Below the pieces are notes generated by a model that had not been told where the DNA came from, searched no databases, and was given only the letters and a program-made list of their open reading frames with translations. Both the position numbers and the translations under genes were made by a program. Shown piece after piece: positions 13,269 to 26,668 of a DNA stretch of 64,000 nucleotides (the stretch's first letter is position 1; each line of letters begins with the position of its first letter). Source of the stretch: Octopus sinensis (taxonomy: Eukaryota); contig NC_043002.1 in the NCBI RefSeq assembly GCF_006345805.1, positions 42,966,001-43,030,000 on the forward strand, read 5' to 3'.

Positions 13269-13560
13269 GAAGACACTTAGTAGCGCTTGAATGATTCAAA
13301 CTTAGATTCCAATGTCTTTGTGGGGATCAATTCCACTGGGTAAAGAATGGCTATAAGAGGGATTAAGTTGAGCAGATATGGAAGCAATCATGTGGATAAA
13401 CAAACTATTATGTTTAACATATCTAATTTGTTTATCTGCATAATTGTCTCCATATCTGCTCAACATGATCCCTCTTATAGCCATTCTTTATCCTGTGGAA
13501 TTGATCCCCTGTAAAGACATCGGAGTCCAAGTTTGAATCATTTGAGCACTAAGTGTCTTC
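13269..13560. mobile_element. Hairpin MITE, almost wholly inverted repeat
   Basis: gaagacacttag...ctaagtgtcttc; arms ~135 bp with scattered mismatches, loop ~13405-13426. Confidence 0.7.
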
Positions 13561-14673
13561 CATACATATCTGCATGCATATACATAAGTCAATGTATGTA
13601 TGTATATGTAAACATGCACATGTATATGGCTGGAAATGTGTGAATGTTGATATTTGTTTGTCATTGAGTGAAGTAATGTTAATGCTGAAATTGTGACCAG
13701 TTTGCTGTGCACTTCCAGAGCTCTGTGGGGTATAAAAATTTTTTCTTGCTTCAAAAAAGCTGGTGAAGGTTGGCAACAAGAAGAGCATCCAGGCATAGAA
13801 TTTGTCTCGTAATCAATTCCCACGCAAGACATGTTACTACGTACTTTGTAAGTTGAGGTGCTAAGCAACAACAGCTACTATGGAGGTACAATGGCCCAGT
13901 GGTTAGGGCAGCGGACTCGTGGTCGTAAGAATGCGATTTCGATTCCCAGACTGGGCATTGTGAGTGTTTATTGAGCAAAAACATCTAAGCTCCACAGAAC
14001 TCCGATGGGAGATGGGGGGTGAAGCCTGCTGTACTCTTTCACCACAACTTTCTCTCACTCTTTCTTCCTACTTCTGCCACAAAGCAGAGGAACCATGGTG
14101 TAACCCACTATGGTGTGGTAAACTTTTAGACCCTAGCCTAGATTGTGAATCCTCTGTATCCCAAGATGGTTCAGCTCTCCACCCATTAAAAGCCACCATT
14201 TATGGAATGGGGATAACAACATAGCTTTTGCACCCATGAAACTGCCAGTCTATCGCGTGTAGTGGGTGGATCTTCAAGTTGTCACACACATTCTTAGTAG
14301 CTTAGAGTAGTCTCGAATTAGAGATTATTCTTTGTGGCTAATGGCATGAGTTCTGATTGGAAGAAGAAGACAACAGCTACTTTACTAACAGAGACTTACT
14401 ATGTATGTAAAGAATACCAAACACAGACTTTCAAAAATTCTAATCCTTAGTTATAAAGCTATTTATTTAATTTATTTATAAAACTTGAGTAAAGAAAGTG
14501 GGTAACAATATATAATGCTTTATTTTTGTGATAAACATTCACAGCATAAATTAGTCACTCTTAAACAAACTTATAAACTTGTCAAACAAGCACAGGAACA
14601 TCTACATAGTTTTATGACCTAATCAAAGTGGTAATATCTTTTTCAATAAACACCTCTCTTTAAAAAGGAAGAA

Positions 14674-15043
14674 TTTACTCTTTTACTCTTTTAGTTGTTT
14701 CAGTCACTTGATTGTGGCCACGCTGGAGCACCACCTTTTAGTCCCCAGGACTTATTCTTTGTAAGCTTAGTACTTATTCTATCGGTCTCTTTCGCTGACC
14801 TGCTAAGTTACGGGGACGTAAACTCACCAGCATCGGTTGTCAAGCGATGCTGGAGGGACAAACACACACACACACATATACGAATGGCTTCTTTCAGTTT
14901 CCGTCTACTAAATCCACTCACAAGGCTTTGGTCGGCCTGTGGCGACAGCAGAAGACACTTGCCCAAGGTGCTACACAGTGGGACTGAACTCAGAACCATG
15001 TGGTTGGTAAGCAAGCTACTTACGACACAGCCACTCCTACGCC
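14674..15043 (-). mobile_element. tRNA-derived SINE family A (CORE-like segment), near full length
   Basis: Head ggcgtaggagtggctgtg...gttcagtccc, CORE-like ccttgggcaagt, internal (CA)n, tail (taaaagag)n. Degraded copies at ~1030-1270, 2297-2650, 3968-4685, 12792-13200, 29538-29932, 35048-35430, 36690-36937, 44930-45065. Confidence 0.85.
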
Positions 15044-15070
15044 TGCATATTTTGCATATTTTTGTAAACA

Positions 15071-15384
15071 AACACGCATATATATACATACACACACACA
15101 CACATATATACATACACACACACACACGCACATATATATATATACATACACACACACACGCGCATATACATATACATACACACACACATATATATACATA
15201 CACACACACATATATACATACACACTAACGCATATATATACATACACACTCACGCATATATATACATACACACTCACACGCACATATATACATACACACT
15301 CACACGCACATATATACATACACACTCACACGCACATATATACATACACACTCACACGCACATATATACATACACACTCACACG

Positions 15385-15437
<53 letters not shown>

Positions 15438-15545
15438 GCAAATATATATATATATATAAAAATATATATACACACACATATATAAATATATATATATACA
15501 CACACATGCGCACACATACACACAGGCGCACGCACACACACATAC
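15071..15545. repeat. Compound (CA)/(TA) microsatellite with 24-bp higher-order unit
   Basis: Repeated cacgcacatatatacatacacact units. Confidence 0.95.
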
Positions 15546-16659
15546 GGTGGGCTTCCACACAGTTTCTGTCTACCAAGTTATCTTGCAAGGCATTAGTCAG
15601 TCTGGGTCTATAGTGGCACACATTTGCCCAATATCACCCTCCAGAAGCGAGGACTTTATGGTAGACGACAGACGAAGGCTTTGTAATTTCTTGCATCACA
15701 GATGATTAGTTTATGGCGATCGAATGCTTGTGCAGTACACTATCTCCATCCCTCCATCAAATCGACATTGCTTTTACGGATGTAAAGTGTACTACTCGTC
15801 AGATGCCAAAGTGATCGCAGAACAACATGAAACGAAACGTTTTACTCACGAACACAACATATCAGTCTGTAGATCGAAACCACGATCTCGTGATCAGGAA
15901 TGCAACACCATAACAATTAGGCCGCGCGCCCTTACAGAGGGGACTAGTGATTGGGCCAATAAAAGGAGAAAAAAAAAAGGAAAGTCAAACTTGATTGAAG
16001 AGACCCAAAACTCAAAGTCTTGATCATCCGGACTTTTTGTACATCTAAGACTTTGTTCAGTATGTCCTTCCATTTTATAAGACTTCAGACCGAGATTTAA
16101 GGGAATCAGGCTGATATTTCTAGCAGGACGAGCCGCTACCTAAAGGGTGTCTCGTCAATAAATAAAAAGAATTAAAGTGCGACACGTACGCTTGTGTCCG
16201 TGCGCGATATACATACGTACACAATATTAAATATCAAGAGAAATAGCAAGAGACAGAGGGAGAAGGAGAGAGAGCGAGAGAGAGAGAGAGAAAGAGGGCG
16301 AGAGAGAGAGAGAGAGAGAAAGGAAGAAATATTTGTGTCCTATTTACATTACGAAAAGATAATATCAATGCACCAAAAAGGTTCGTATTTCAGTCCTGGG
16401 AAAATTCGTTATGAAGCTTACAACTTCATATATATACATACATACATACAGACATGAGAGATAGAGAGAGAGAGAGAGAGATACATACACACAACCACCA
16501 CAATACTAAATAAATGTTGCCGACAGCGTCAGGAACGACTTAGGACAGGTTTGATTTATCTCGTTTTACCTTTTTTTCTTTCAGTGTGACAGTAATGTAA
16601 TATGGAAAACAACGTAGAGTTTAATCTACCACACCTTCAGCGATAGACTGATGAATAGA

Positions 16660-16870
16660 TAACATTTACCTTTTGTGTAATAAGAGATTATAAATGGTTG
16701 CGAAGACAGAGACGTGAGGTAGAGAAGGTTTCAATCCTTTCTGATACCATTTCATAAAATTTCATTTATTGCTCGTACTTGCGAATTTTTCATCCCTCAC
16801 GGACATTTAATAGCTTATAGAGCAACGATTTTAATTCCCACCCCTTTTTTCGAGCGCCCATCACACTGAA
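16660..16870 (-). promoter_or_regulatory. Putative first exon and promoter region of the minus-strand gene
   Basis: Non-repetitive CpG-containing stretch just beyond the CpG-depleted domain, with a candidate donor AAG|gtaaat at 16670/16669. Inference only. Confidence 0.3.
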
Positions 16871-16884
16871 TAAGGTGCTACAAG

Positions 16885-17033
16885 CAGGACCACCTTAGCA
16901 CCCAGGGCAAATCAATGCACAGGTCCCTATAATTTGACAGCTAGCCACAGTACACATAGATCAGAATTGAACCCCTTGACATATCAGGCCGTCGGGCAAC
17001 TTCCGAGTATGCCCAAGCCTTAAGGCAGCACTG
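16885..17033. mobile_element. Small hAT-like MITE
   Basis: caggaccacctta / taaggcagcactg ends; flanks gctacaag/agtacaag (6 of 8 match). Confidence 0.5.
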
Positions 17034-17077
17034 AGTACAAGGGTACACTAGTTTTATTCTCTTTTTCTCTCTCATAT

Positions 17078-17133
<56 letters not shown>

Positions 17134-17159
17134 ATAACCATAAGAAAAAGGAGAAAAAC

Positions 17160-17630
17160 ATTGTGGATACTTATTTCATTTGTATCACAATATGAACATA
17201 GCAAATAGTTTAATACAAATAAAATTTTAATGAACATACATTAACGTAAAATAAAATACAATACGTGTAAGCGGTGCCTACACATGTTTCAATCTGGTCA
17301 CTATGTAAACAGTGCTTCGGAAGATTCGAACCATGTTAATAGTTTTAGATGTAAAAAAATAACAGTGTCCAGGTATCTTCAGGGTTATCTCATACAAAGA
17401 CTAAATAGCCCTGAAGATACCTGGACACTTATTTTTTACATCTAAAACTATTAACATGGTTCGAATATTCCAAAGTACTATTTATATAGTGACCAGATTG
17501 AAACATGAGTAGGCACCTCTTTTACATATTGTATTTTATTTTACGTTAATGTAAGATAATTTAAATTTTATTTGTATTAAACTATTTGCTATGTTCATCT
17601 TGTGATACAAATTAAATAACTATCCACAAT
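17160..17630. mobile_element. Long fold-back with degenerate hammerhead-like core
   Basis: Arms ~17160-17388 and ~17405-17630. CTGAAGA 17411-17, stem CTGGACACT/AGTGACCAG (17421-29/17488-96), GAAACATG from 17500. Next to a (TA)n tract. Confidence 0.5.
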
Positions 17631-17788
17631 ATCCCCCCCCCCTCTTTTTATAGTAATAATCTTATATTAGACTGTTTACCCCTATATATTGAGAGAATTT
17701 TTCTAATCTATTCTTGATAACACCAGTTGATCTCCGGATTTTATAATCCCTGAAGAGGACACTATATCCTCAACTGATTATATATATG

Positions 17789-18371
17789 CAGTAGTACCTC
17801 GGTTTTCGAACAATCATCACGAATAAATCGTGCTTATATATATAAGCACGATTTATTCGTGATCAGAGTGGTTCGAAAACCGTTGCTAGTTGAACTCGTC
17901 CTTCTGTATTGGTGGTTAGCTGAGTGTCTAAATGTTTTGTGCTGCTTTGCAGCGATTTATGTGTCTACGGTTGTTTGTTTGTGCTTTCTCTTCTCGTAAG
18001 AGGAGAGATGGCTGAGTCTTATTCAGAAGTAAGTGAATCAGATGTGGAGTTTTCAGAACAATCGTCGTCTGAAGAGGAGATTGTGGAAGCTGTGAAGAAG
18101 ATGGACAGGGTTATAAAAGAGAGAAGTTCTGTTCAGGTGACAGAGGTGCCAAAGAAAGAGGAAAGCCTCAAAAACTTTTAAAACTTTGAAAAAATGTTTA
18201 AAAAGGAGGGTAGTCACGTGAAATTGCCCATTCAATTTTCCATTCAATTTCGTTGTAAATTTTTGTATCTCATTTTGTGCGTCTGACCTCAAATCAGGCT
18301 GTATTGTCCCCTCTATGTTGGCCTCGTGTGGGCAATAAAGGAACAAGATGTTCGAAAACCGAGGTACTATT
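17789..18371. mobile_element. pogo/Tigger-type non-autonomous element
   Basis: cagtagtacctcggttttcgaac (17789-17811) and gttcgaaaaccgaggtacta (18350-69); internal 48-bp perfect palindrome; TA TSD not intact. Confidence 0.6.
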
Positions 18372-20579
18372 CTTTGTGTGTGTGTATGTGTGCGTATGTG
18401 TGTGTGTCTGTCTGTCTGTCTGTGCGTCTGTCTGTCTGTTTGTCTGTGCGTATAAGAAGCCTGGTTCCCAACCACACGCAGATTTTTTAATTAATTTTTT
18501 CTTTAACTAAACAGTTTGAAACTTCGTATACTGGTGTATTTTCTCACGCAGAACACGGTTTACTTTGAACATTTTTTATGACATCATCTGATGGGTTTTT
18601 TTTTTTTAGAGCGGCAGTTTGAATAAGTTCGTCTCTCTCTCCCCGCTTCTTTGTGTGAATATTTAGTGAAACTAGGTAAGCCCTCAAATTATCCACAGTC
18701 TACTACATACACGGTATACTCTATACAGCATACAATTTTTTTAGATGCTTGATCGATTTAAGATGAGTAATAAGGTAGGCCTATTTCTGCATAGCATTAC
18801 ACAATACTTGTCATACAAATTAATATATATGTAAAGTGGGTCTCTTATCAAGTTAGTCTTGATCGAGCAGATCCGTGACAAATGACTTTCCAAATCGAGA
18901 CAATCCCCCCACATTTTTTTTTCAGTTATTGTACATCTAGTGCCTGATACATTATTTAATATCTTCTTTTTTTTTTAAATCGGTAAGGTATCATTCAAAA
19001 GTGAGTTGGTTATAATATAGAAGTAATACCAAATTGGAAACTTCTATCGTCGTGTACAAGTGAAACAAGAGAAAAAGCAAGCAAAACTGAAGAAAGAATG
19101 AATAAATAAAGAGAGAGGTAAAAAGGAAAAGTTCAAAGAAAACTGAACCAGAAGAAAGCAATAAAAATAAAAGGTGATAAAAGACCTATGCAGAAAGAAA
19201 CTCATAAATATTTTTTTTTTGTATTCACAAATACTTCTCTCTACGAAAACCTTAAATTTAATATTGTACAAATGTTGCAATGTTTGAATGGTAACTCAAC
19301 CCAAACGGATTTTTTTTTAAAATGTTGCCCATCCTTTACAAAGCTGAGTGTGAAAAAAAAACCCCAAACAAATCTTTGCTTGAAACACTTTTCAATGAGC
19401 ACTCTTGAAACCTGTTTATAGTTAAAATACATTTTTCAATGGATTGAATGGTTTATATCTAAAATTTGTTCATGTTAAATATCGCCAACCTGAATGAAAG
19501 TAAACGGTTGCAAGTTTTCGTTTTGGGATTTGGTTTGCAAGATTGTTTATTTGAGTTCGTGCGTTGAAGCATATTCTGTTGTGTCTGGGGAGAGTCCTTT
19601 TCTTTTTGTGCCTTATAATGTAACACACCCACCGGTAAAATTTCCACTTATTTCTTATTTTTATTTTCCTAAAATTTTCGTTGCGTCTTGCAACCTTTTC
19701 AATAGTCTTGGTACAAATTAATGTTCTGTTGTTAGCATTCAATCCATTTTAAAATAGCAAACCTAGTTATATTTAATATTTTCTATGTTATGCTGAAAAT
19801 AAACCAAGAGATTAAGACACCAATTTGCAGAACTTCTAAAGCATCGGACAGATTGTGCTGCAGTAATCGTTTGGGGCCTTATGTCACCGAGGTTGACTTG
19901 CCTTTCGGAATGGATAAATCTTTTCTACAATAGGTATGAGGCCCGAAATTTTGGTGGAGAAGGTTAGTCAATTACATTTCTCAACTGATACTTATTTTAT
20001 CAACCTCCAAAAGGATGAAAGGCAAAGTCAACTTTGAACTCTGAACGTAAAGCCGGAAGAAATGCCGCTAAGCATTTTGTCCAGCGTACTAACGAACCTA
20101 GCAGCTCGCTGCCTTCGGAATGGCTAAATAAATTACCAACTATGAGCTAAAACCGGTTCTTTTTCTTTCTGTCTCCCTCACCTTCCGGAAAAAATATGCA
20201 GAAGTCAGGCTAGGAGGGACAGACTGTCAGGTCTAAAAATATTCAAGGTACATTGTATGTCATAACGACACCCTTACAACTCCACAGGGAGTTGAGTCCT
20301 CGAAGTAAGACAATCCTAGAGATAAAACGTTGAGACGATGCACATGATTTTCTGACAATGTATTAGATTTAACCAACCAGAAAACAAATATAAAACTCAA
20401 ATCTAATTGGTTTGATTGAGAAACACTGTATAAGTCTAAGAATACTCTGTGCCTATGTCACCTTTTTTTGACAGAGATGAGGAAAATTATGTTCACACAC
20501 TCTTTCGACAATCTAAAAGTTGCCGTTTTATATATTCACAGTTCTGGTAAATCTTCCAAATTGTATTTTTCCAAGATAG

Positions 20580-20970
20580 ACAACTGGGTAAGAGAAACTG
20601 TGTGATGGAGGTATCAGACTGGTTAACTCCAAGGAGTATAAGCCATTATAGCTGCGGAAGAAAAGGCAGAGAGGAGGCAGCATGCCTGTCAGCAAGAGAC
20701 TGGAGTGTGCTCGTTAGTAACTGAATGTCAATTAGTCGAGAGGGCCTTTTCTGGGTGCAATTCAGGATGTCTGAGTGCATAGTTGCAGCACCGTCACATA
20801 TGTGGACGCAGTATTCTGTTGTAGGGTGTTACTTGGACTCTGTAGAGCATCAGCAATTGTAGGGGGATTGAAATCTTTTCTGGTACTGATGAGAAGGATT
20901 AGTCTTTAACACACGGTTTTAGTTGTGCTGAGAATGTGCTTTCGTCAAGACGGACCCTTGAAGATAGCCA
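20580..20970 (-). mobile_element. Degenerate LINE fragment, post-RT region (CR1/Jockey-like)
   Basis: Frameshifted minus-strand translation: LQLLMLYRVQV / TEYCVHICDGAA...LNCTQKRPSRLI...TLQSLADRHAASSL / YNGLYSLELTSLIPP. Confidence 0.7.
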
Positions 20971-21211
20971 AGCTCATCATTTGAAGCGACAATGAGGACT
21001 AATTGATTGCGTCATATGTTTCGAAGAGTTGTTTTCGGTAATGTTTTCCTTCACGTGAGTAACACCTGAGTGATTTTTTTTTTTATGAGTTAATCCAACT
21101 TTGCCACATCTCTTTTAAAGCATAGATAGGAAAAACCTATAGAATAACGAAATAGTAGATTTTCATTGTTGATATTCGGTTTTTCTACAAGAGACGTGTG
21201 TTGTTCTAAGC

Positions 21212-21537
21212 CAGGGGTTCTCAACCATTTTTTTTTTTGTCATCTATGAACCCCTTTGATTACTGTTTTATTCCGGTAGACCCCCATACCCATTCGATGT
21301 TTAAAAACTAACTTTATAGAAACAAACCGCTTTCAAAATTCTTATTTTGTTTTTCACACATTAACTTGTGTAGGGTGAACTAGGTAGAATGCAGTATATA
21401 CCAACACATACATCTAAAGCAAAATTTTTCCAGGGGCTTTTACAATACCATTGTGATCCCTAGTTTTTGTTGCGTGGACCACCCAAGATCTTCTATAGAC
21501 GCTCAGGGACCATATGGACCCCGGTTGAGAACTACTG
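21212..21537. mobile_element. hAT (Charlie-like) MITE
   Basis: TIR caggggttctcaacc / ggttgagaactactg; perfect 8-bp TSD ttctaagc (21204-11, 21538-45). Confidence 0.85.
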
Positions 21538-21699
21538 TTCTAAGCAAACATCTTACTTTAGATATATATTCTCTCATTCCTGGTTCATTATGCCTAAAAA
21601 TAAGACGTGGTGATCATGGCTGGAATGTCTCAGATCATGAAAACTACTTCTTTAGTGCTGAGCTAGAGCGAAGTAATAACCGTTTTAATATCCTGAACA

Positions 21700-22065
21700 G
21701 GCGCAGGAGTGGCTGTGTGGTAAGTAGCTTGCTTACCAACCACATGGTTCCGGGTTCAGTCCCATTGCGACCAAAGCTTTGTGAGTGGATTTGGTAGACG
21801 GAAACTGAAAGAAGCCCGTCGTATATATGTATTTGTATATATATATATATATGTGTGTGCGTTTGTGTGTCTGTGTTTGTCCCCCCAACATCGCTTGGCA
21901 ACCGATGCTGGTGTGTTTACGTACCCGTAACTTAGCAGTTCAGCAAAAGGATCCGATTTGTACTAGGCTTACAAAGAATAAGTCCTGGGGTCGATTTACT
22001 CGACTAAAGGCGGTGCTCCAGCATGACCGCAGTCAAGTGACTGAAACAAGTAAAAGAGTAAAGAG
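21700..22065 (+). mobile_element. SINE family A copy lacking the CORE-like segment
   Basis: Same head and tail as 14674-15043; jumps from cccattgcg to accaaagc. Confidence 0.85.
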
Positions 22066-25000
22066 TGTAGAATAGTTCAAAGCTATTTTCAAATTCATAT
22101 CAGGTGCACTGAACATGTTGAGTTATTCTAGGTTCTACAACACATATACATTTACACGTACACAGGCAGGTTCTCGCTGTTGAAATCAGCTGACAATAGG
22201 TATAAAGATTTTAACAAAAGAATTTAGAGCTGTTGACAGAAAAGTGAATTTGAGGTTATTTGGACCGACCGATGAATGGATAAACCAAATTAGAAGTATC
22301 AGTAAATGCAAAAATAGGAAACATAAAAATAAGAACAAAGATTATATATATATATATATATATATATAAGATCAAAGTTATGAAACAAAATGGTTCGTTT
22401 GAATGTTTGAAGGAGAGGGGGAGAGTAGGGGGTGAATATGTTTGACACGTTTGTCTTTGTGATTAGTCTTTCCTTGCCTATTATAATGGGTTAGATTAGG
22501 TTTGTTTACATGGACCTCAGAAAATTCGGGACAAATCTTGCACACCTGGAGGTACTTACTTCCTATCCTGTAGCCCCTTTAGAATTTAAAAATATAACAG
22601 CGCAGAGATTTTGAATTCTTACACGTTTAGCCTCGATTATTTGCTAATGTTAATTTTTGCTAACTTGTTTGACACGAGACATGCATTTGTTAATCCAGTG
22701 TAGTCTTTTTCGGTTGTCGGTATTTTGTTTTAATGACTGTCTTGTCCAAACGTTTGTCATTCTAATTTCATCATTACCGGTGTGTGTGTGTGTGTGTGTG
22801 TATCATACACACACACAGGCAATCATTAAAAACCAAATAAGACACATTTTCCCATCTAAATAGGGTTATATGGAGGCAAAAATGATAGGTAGGTTCGTTA
22901 AGACCAGAGATAACACAACACCACTTTCCCTCCTCCTTTCGTCATTCTCAAACGAAGGACAAGGTTCAAAACGTTAAATCCAACCCGACCCCACGGAAAA
23001 TGAACCGAATTTTCTGTTCTTGAACTATTAGAAATAGTTTCATCTTACCCATATCACATTCTCTTCTTGTTTTAAAGGGTCGAGAACATAATTGGATAAT
23101 GCAATCATAACTACCTTCTCTAGATAATTCAAAACCGCGTGTCCGTGTTAGAAATTATTATATAAAGTACGAAGGTGCTAAAATGACAGAATCATTTGCA
23201 CGCTTGACTTAATACTTAGAAGCATTTCTTCTTGGTCTATGTTCTGAGGTCGGCTTTACTCTTCATCTTTTTGGGTGTCTATAAAATAAGTTCCAGTTGA
23301 GCACTGGGATTGATGTAAGCGGCAAACCCCTCTCCTAAATTTTTGGCCTTGTGGACAAAATTTGAAACCATTAAAGGCGGCCAGCTGGCAGAATCGCGAG
23401 CGCGTTGGACATAATGCTTCACGGCATTTCTTCTGGGTTTATATTCCGAGTTCAAATACTGCCGAGGCCGACTTTGCCTTTTATCCTTTTGGAGTCGATA
23501 AAATGAGTACCAGTTAAGCCCTGAGGATGATGTAATCAACTAGCCCTCCTAAGAAAACTTCAGGTTTTGTGTTTATAGTCGAAAGAATTATAAAGGCGCA
23601 CACATAGCTTAGCAGTGATGTCGCTTTGGCTTCGTGGCACCGAGGGTGAGTATCTATCATCATTACCTCGGATTATCCAATGCTTTGTGAGTGAAATTTG
23701 TTAAACGGAAACTGTGCCAAATCGTATTCGCGTAATGTAGCACTCGAACATCTATTTAATTTATATTGACCATAATACTTGACTGGTATTTCTTTTTATT
23801 GATCTCCGAAAGATGAAACTGAAGGTTAATCTCGGAGAAATTTGAATTCAGAACTTAAAAGCGTTTAACAAAATATTACTTCTATCCAATGCTCTAACGT
23901 CTGCCAAGCCACCGTCCTCTTATAATGATATATAAATGCCAATGAAGGGTTCTATCTGGCGCGCTAATAATTCTGCCAGCTCGCTGCTCAATGAAACCTA
24001 GTAATATTGGTTTCAAATTTCGGCACAAAGCCAGCAATTCCGAGAGAGAGACAAGTCGATTACATCGATCCTAGCATTCAACGGGTACTTATTTTATCCA
24101 CCTCGAAAGAATAAAAGGCAAAGTCGAGCTCGGTGGAATTTGAACACAGAACATAAAGACAGACGTAATGCCGCTAAGCATTTTGCCCGAAGTGTAAACA
24201 ATTCTGCCAGCTTGCCGCCGTCTTGAAATCTAGTATTATTGAAACCTAATAAGTATTTCTCAAATTAGGGTAATTCCCTACCAAATGTAGGTTTCCACTT
24301 CAGTGGACTCTTGAAGGTCAACAGGTACTTTTCATTTCTTTCATTGTATTCTCCATAACACAAAAAAAAAAACATTAAGAAAAGAAAGTATTTTGTTGTA
24401 TCAACTACCGGAATTAATTGCTAAACAGAGAGACAACCAGAAAGCCTCTACAGCACTAGTCTCCTAGCAAATATCTATGTGAGCTGTTTGACAAAGTCCT
24501 TTGAACAATGAATATATACTTCAATAAGAGTTGTACGTCACAGATTGGAGACGACTTCCTATTGGTCAGAAAATTATACATACAAAAGTATTGATAACAT
24601 CTAAATATAAGAGGGTTCAGTAAGGACTTTTGAAACTCCCGAGATTTGGCAGACATGCTACAGGTGAGAAGAGTCAGCAACTCGAAGTCAAATCTTGGAT
24701 GGGCGTTCTGTCGAACATGGTAAGTTGTCAGATAAAGTGAAACTGCACTAAATCAAAGTGAAAGATAAAGAAATAATCGTTAATAATCGGCAGTGCGTTT
24801 TGTTCAACACACGCAGAGCGTTTACTTTGTACATCTCAATGCCCCAGCACTTCACACACAAATACAAGAGGAGCACTTCAGAGAATTTATTGAAAATGAA
24901 TTTACGCGCGTTTATTTTGCGAACAGAACGTTTTCACAACATACAAGAAATACACAGTTTGCTATAAACAATTACTCGTTTACCTTTCATTTTGGTTCAG

Positions 25001-25170
25001 CGCAGTTTGTTTCACATGAGCAAGATTCGAAAGATCGCTCCTGATTGAAACTAATTCAAAACATTTTCTCATCTTATTGGAGCTCTCTGTGCATGTGAGA
25101 AATCATTATTTCTAGTACTGAAGGCAGCGAGAGCAGACAAAATCGTTAGCACACCGGACTAAATGTTTAA

Positions 25171-25394
25171 TCCTGTGTACCACATAGAACACACAAGACA
25201 TTATTTCACTGGACATTATTTCCATGCATCATGTATGTTACACATTCCCATTTTTTTCCCCATTACAACAACCTGGGATTTATGAAGAAGAAAAGTTTAT
25301 ATTACTTAGAATGTGTAAAGGAAGGGTTAAAAGTCTGAAAACAAGCATGGACGTTTGGGATAAACTTACAGAAATGCTCTGGACAGGCAAAGAA
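25171..25394. mobile_element. Degraded piggyBac-type MITE
   Basis: TTAA on both flanks; interior alignable by eye with 62614-62841 (tgggatttatgaa...gaaggg...gataaactt). Confidence 0.45.
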
Positions 25395-26668
25395 TTAAAT
25401 TAAATATTTCGTCATAGAATAGCCTTTCTCAGAGACCGAAAGAAAATAAATAAAATCCAATAATGGTGAAACATTAGATGTCCTCAACTAAATATGTGTA
25501 TCCTAATAATTGTATTCTTCCTCTCAGACCAATATTTGCGAAATGAAAACCCCCTAACTTCGCCGTATTGAGAAGATATGTTTTAACAATTTGATACTAT
25601 CTTACAACAAGCAAATTAGCTACTTACGAAATCTCTGTAAGAGATAAAAGCAGTAACTATACTGAGAAGTAATATTTATCGTCACGTAAATACGGCTGTT
25701 CCGTAGGAACCGACGTTACTGCTATTTTTAACCCTAGGAGGACGCCTCCTCCAGTTGGTTATTTGATGCAATCAGTATCCTATTTCTTTACTACCCACAA
25801 GGGGGATAAACACAGAGGGGACAAACAAGGACACACAAACGGATTAAGTCGATTATATCGACCCAGTGCGTAACTGGTACTTATTTAAACGACCTCGAAA
25901 GAATTTAAAGCAAAGTCGACCTCGGCGGAATTTGAACTCAGAACGTAGCTACAGACGAAATACTGCTAAGCCCGGCGTGCTAACGTTACTGCCAGCTCGC
26001 GGAGAGTGAACTCCTACCATCTCCCAACCGCAATATTCTCTTAATACTTTTTTAGTACCACAGCACCGGGAAAATTGCTTAGCCGCATTTCTTCCGACTT
26101 TACGTTCTGAGTTCAAATACCGCCGGGACCGACTTTGCTTTTCATCCTTTCGGGGTCGATAAATAAGTACCAGTTGAGCACTGGGGTCGATTTAATCGAC
26201 TTACTCCTTCCCCTGAAATTACTGGCCTTGTACCAAAATTTGAAACCAATATTTCTATAGTGCCAATAAATGCGTTCAACGTATTATTTATATTACATAT
26301 TTTCTCATTCCTTTCTTGGAAAAAATCAAGCTTTCTGATCGCGCGAACAACCCGATCTTAAAATCTAATAAAGAATGTATTTGTAAATACATAGCAATTT
26401 TAACGATTCATTTAATCCCCTTTTTGTACAGTTAATGAAATCAAAGATTTGTCATGGATCTCCAGCCTGGTCACTGTTGTTTTATCAGAGATCCACAAAT
26501 CAAATCTCATTTAACTATATGCAAACAATTTTCTAGAATCTGTTGATTACCGTCTACGAAGTCTCTTGATTTGCTAGAAATAACAGCCAAGTCTTCCTCA
26601 AATCATACAACCAGTTAAATTACGAAAGGGAGATATATAATTAATGGAGTTTCATTAATAGAGTTTAG

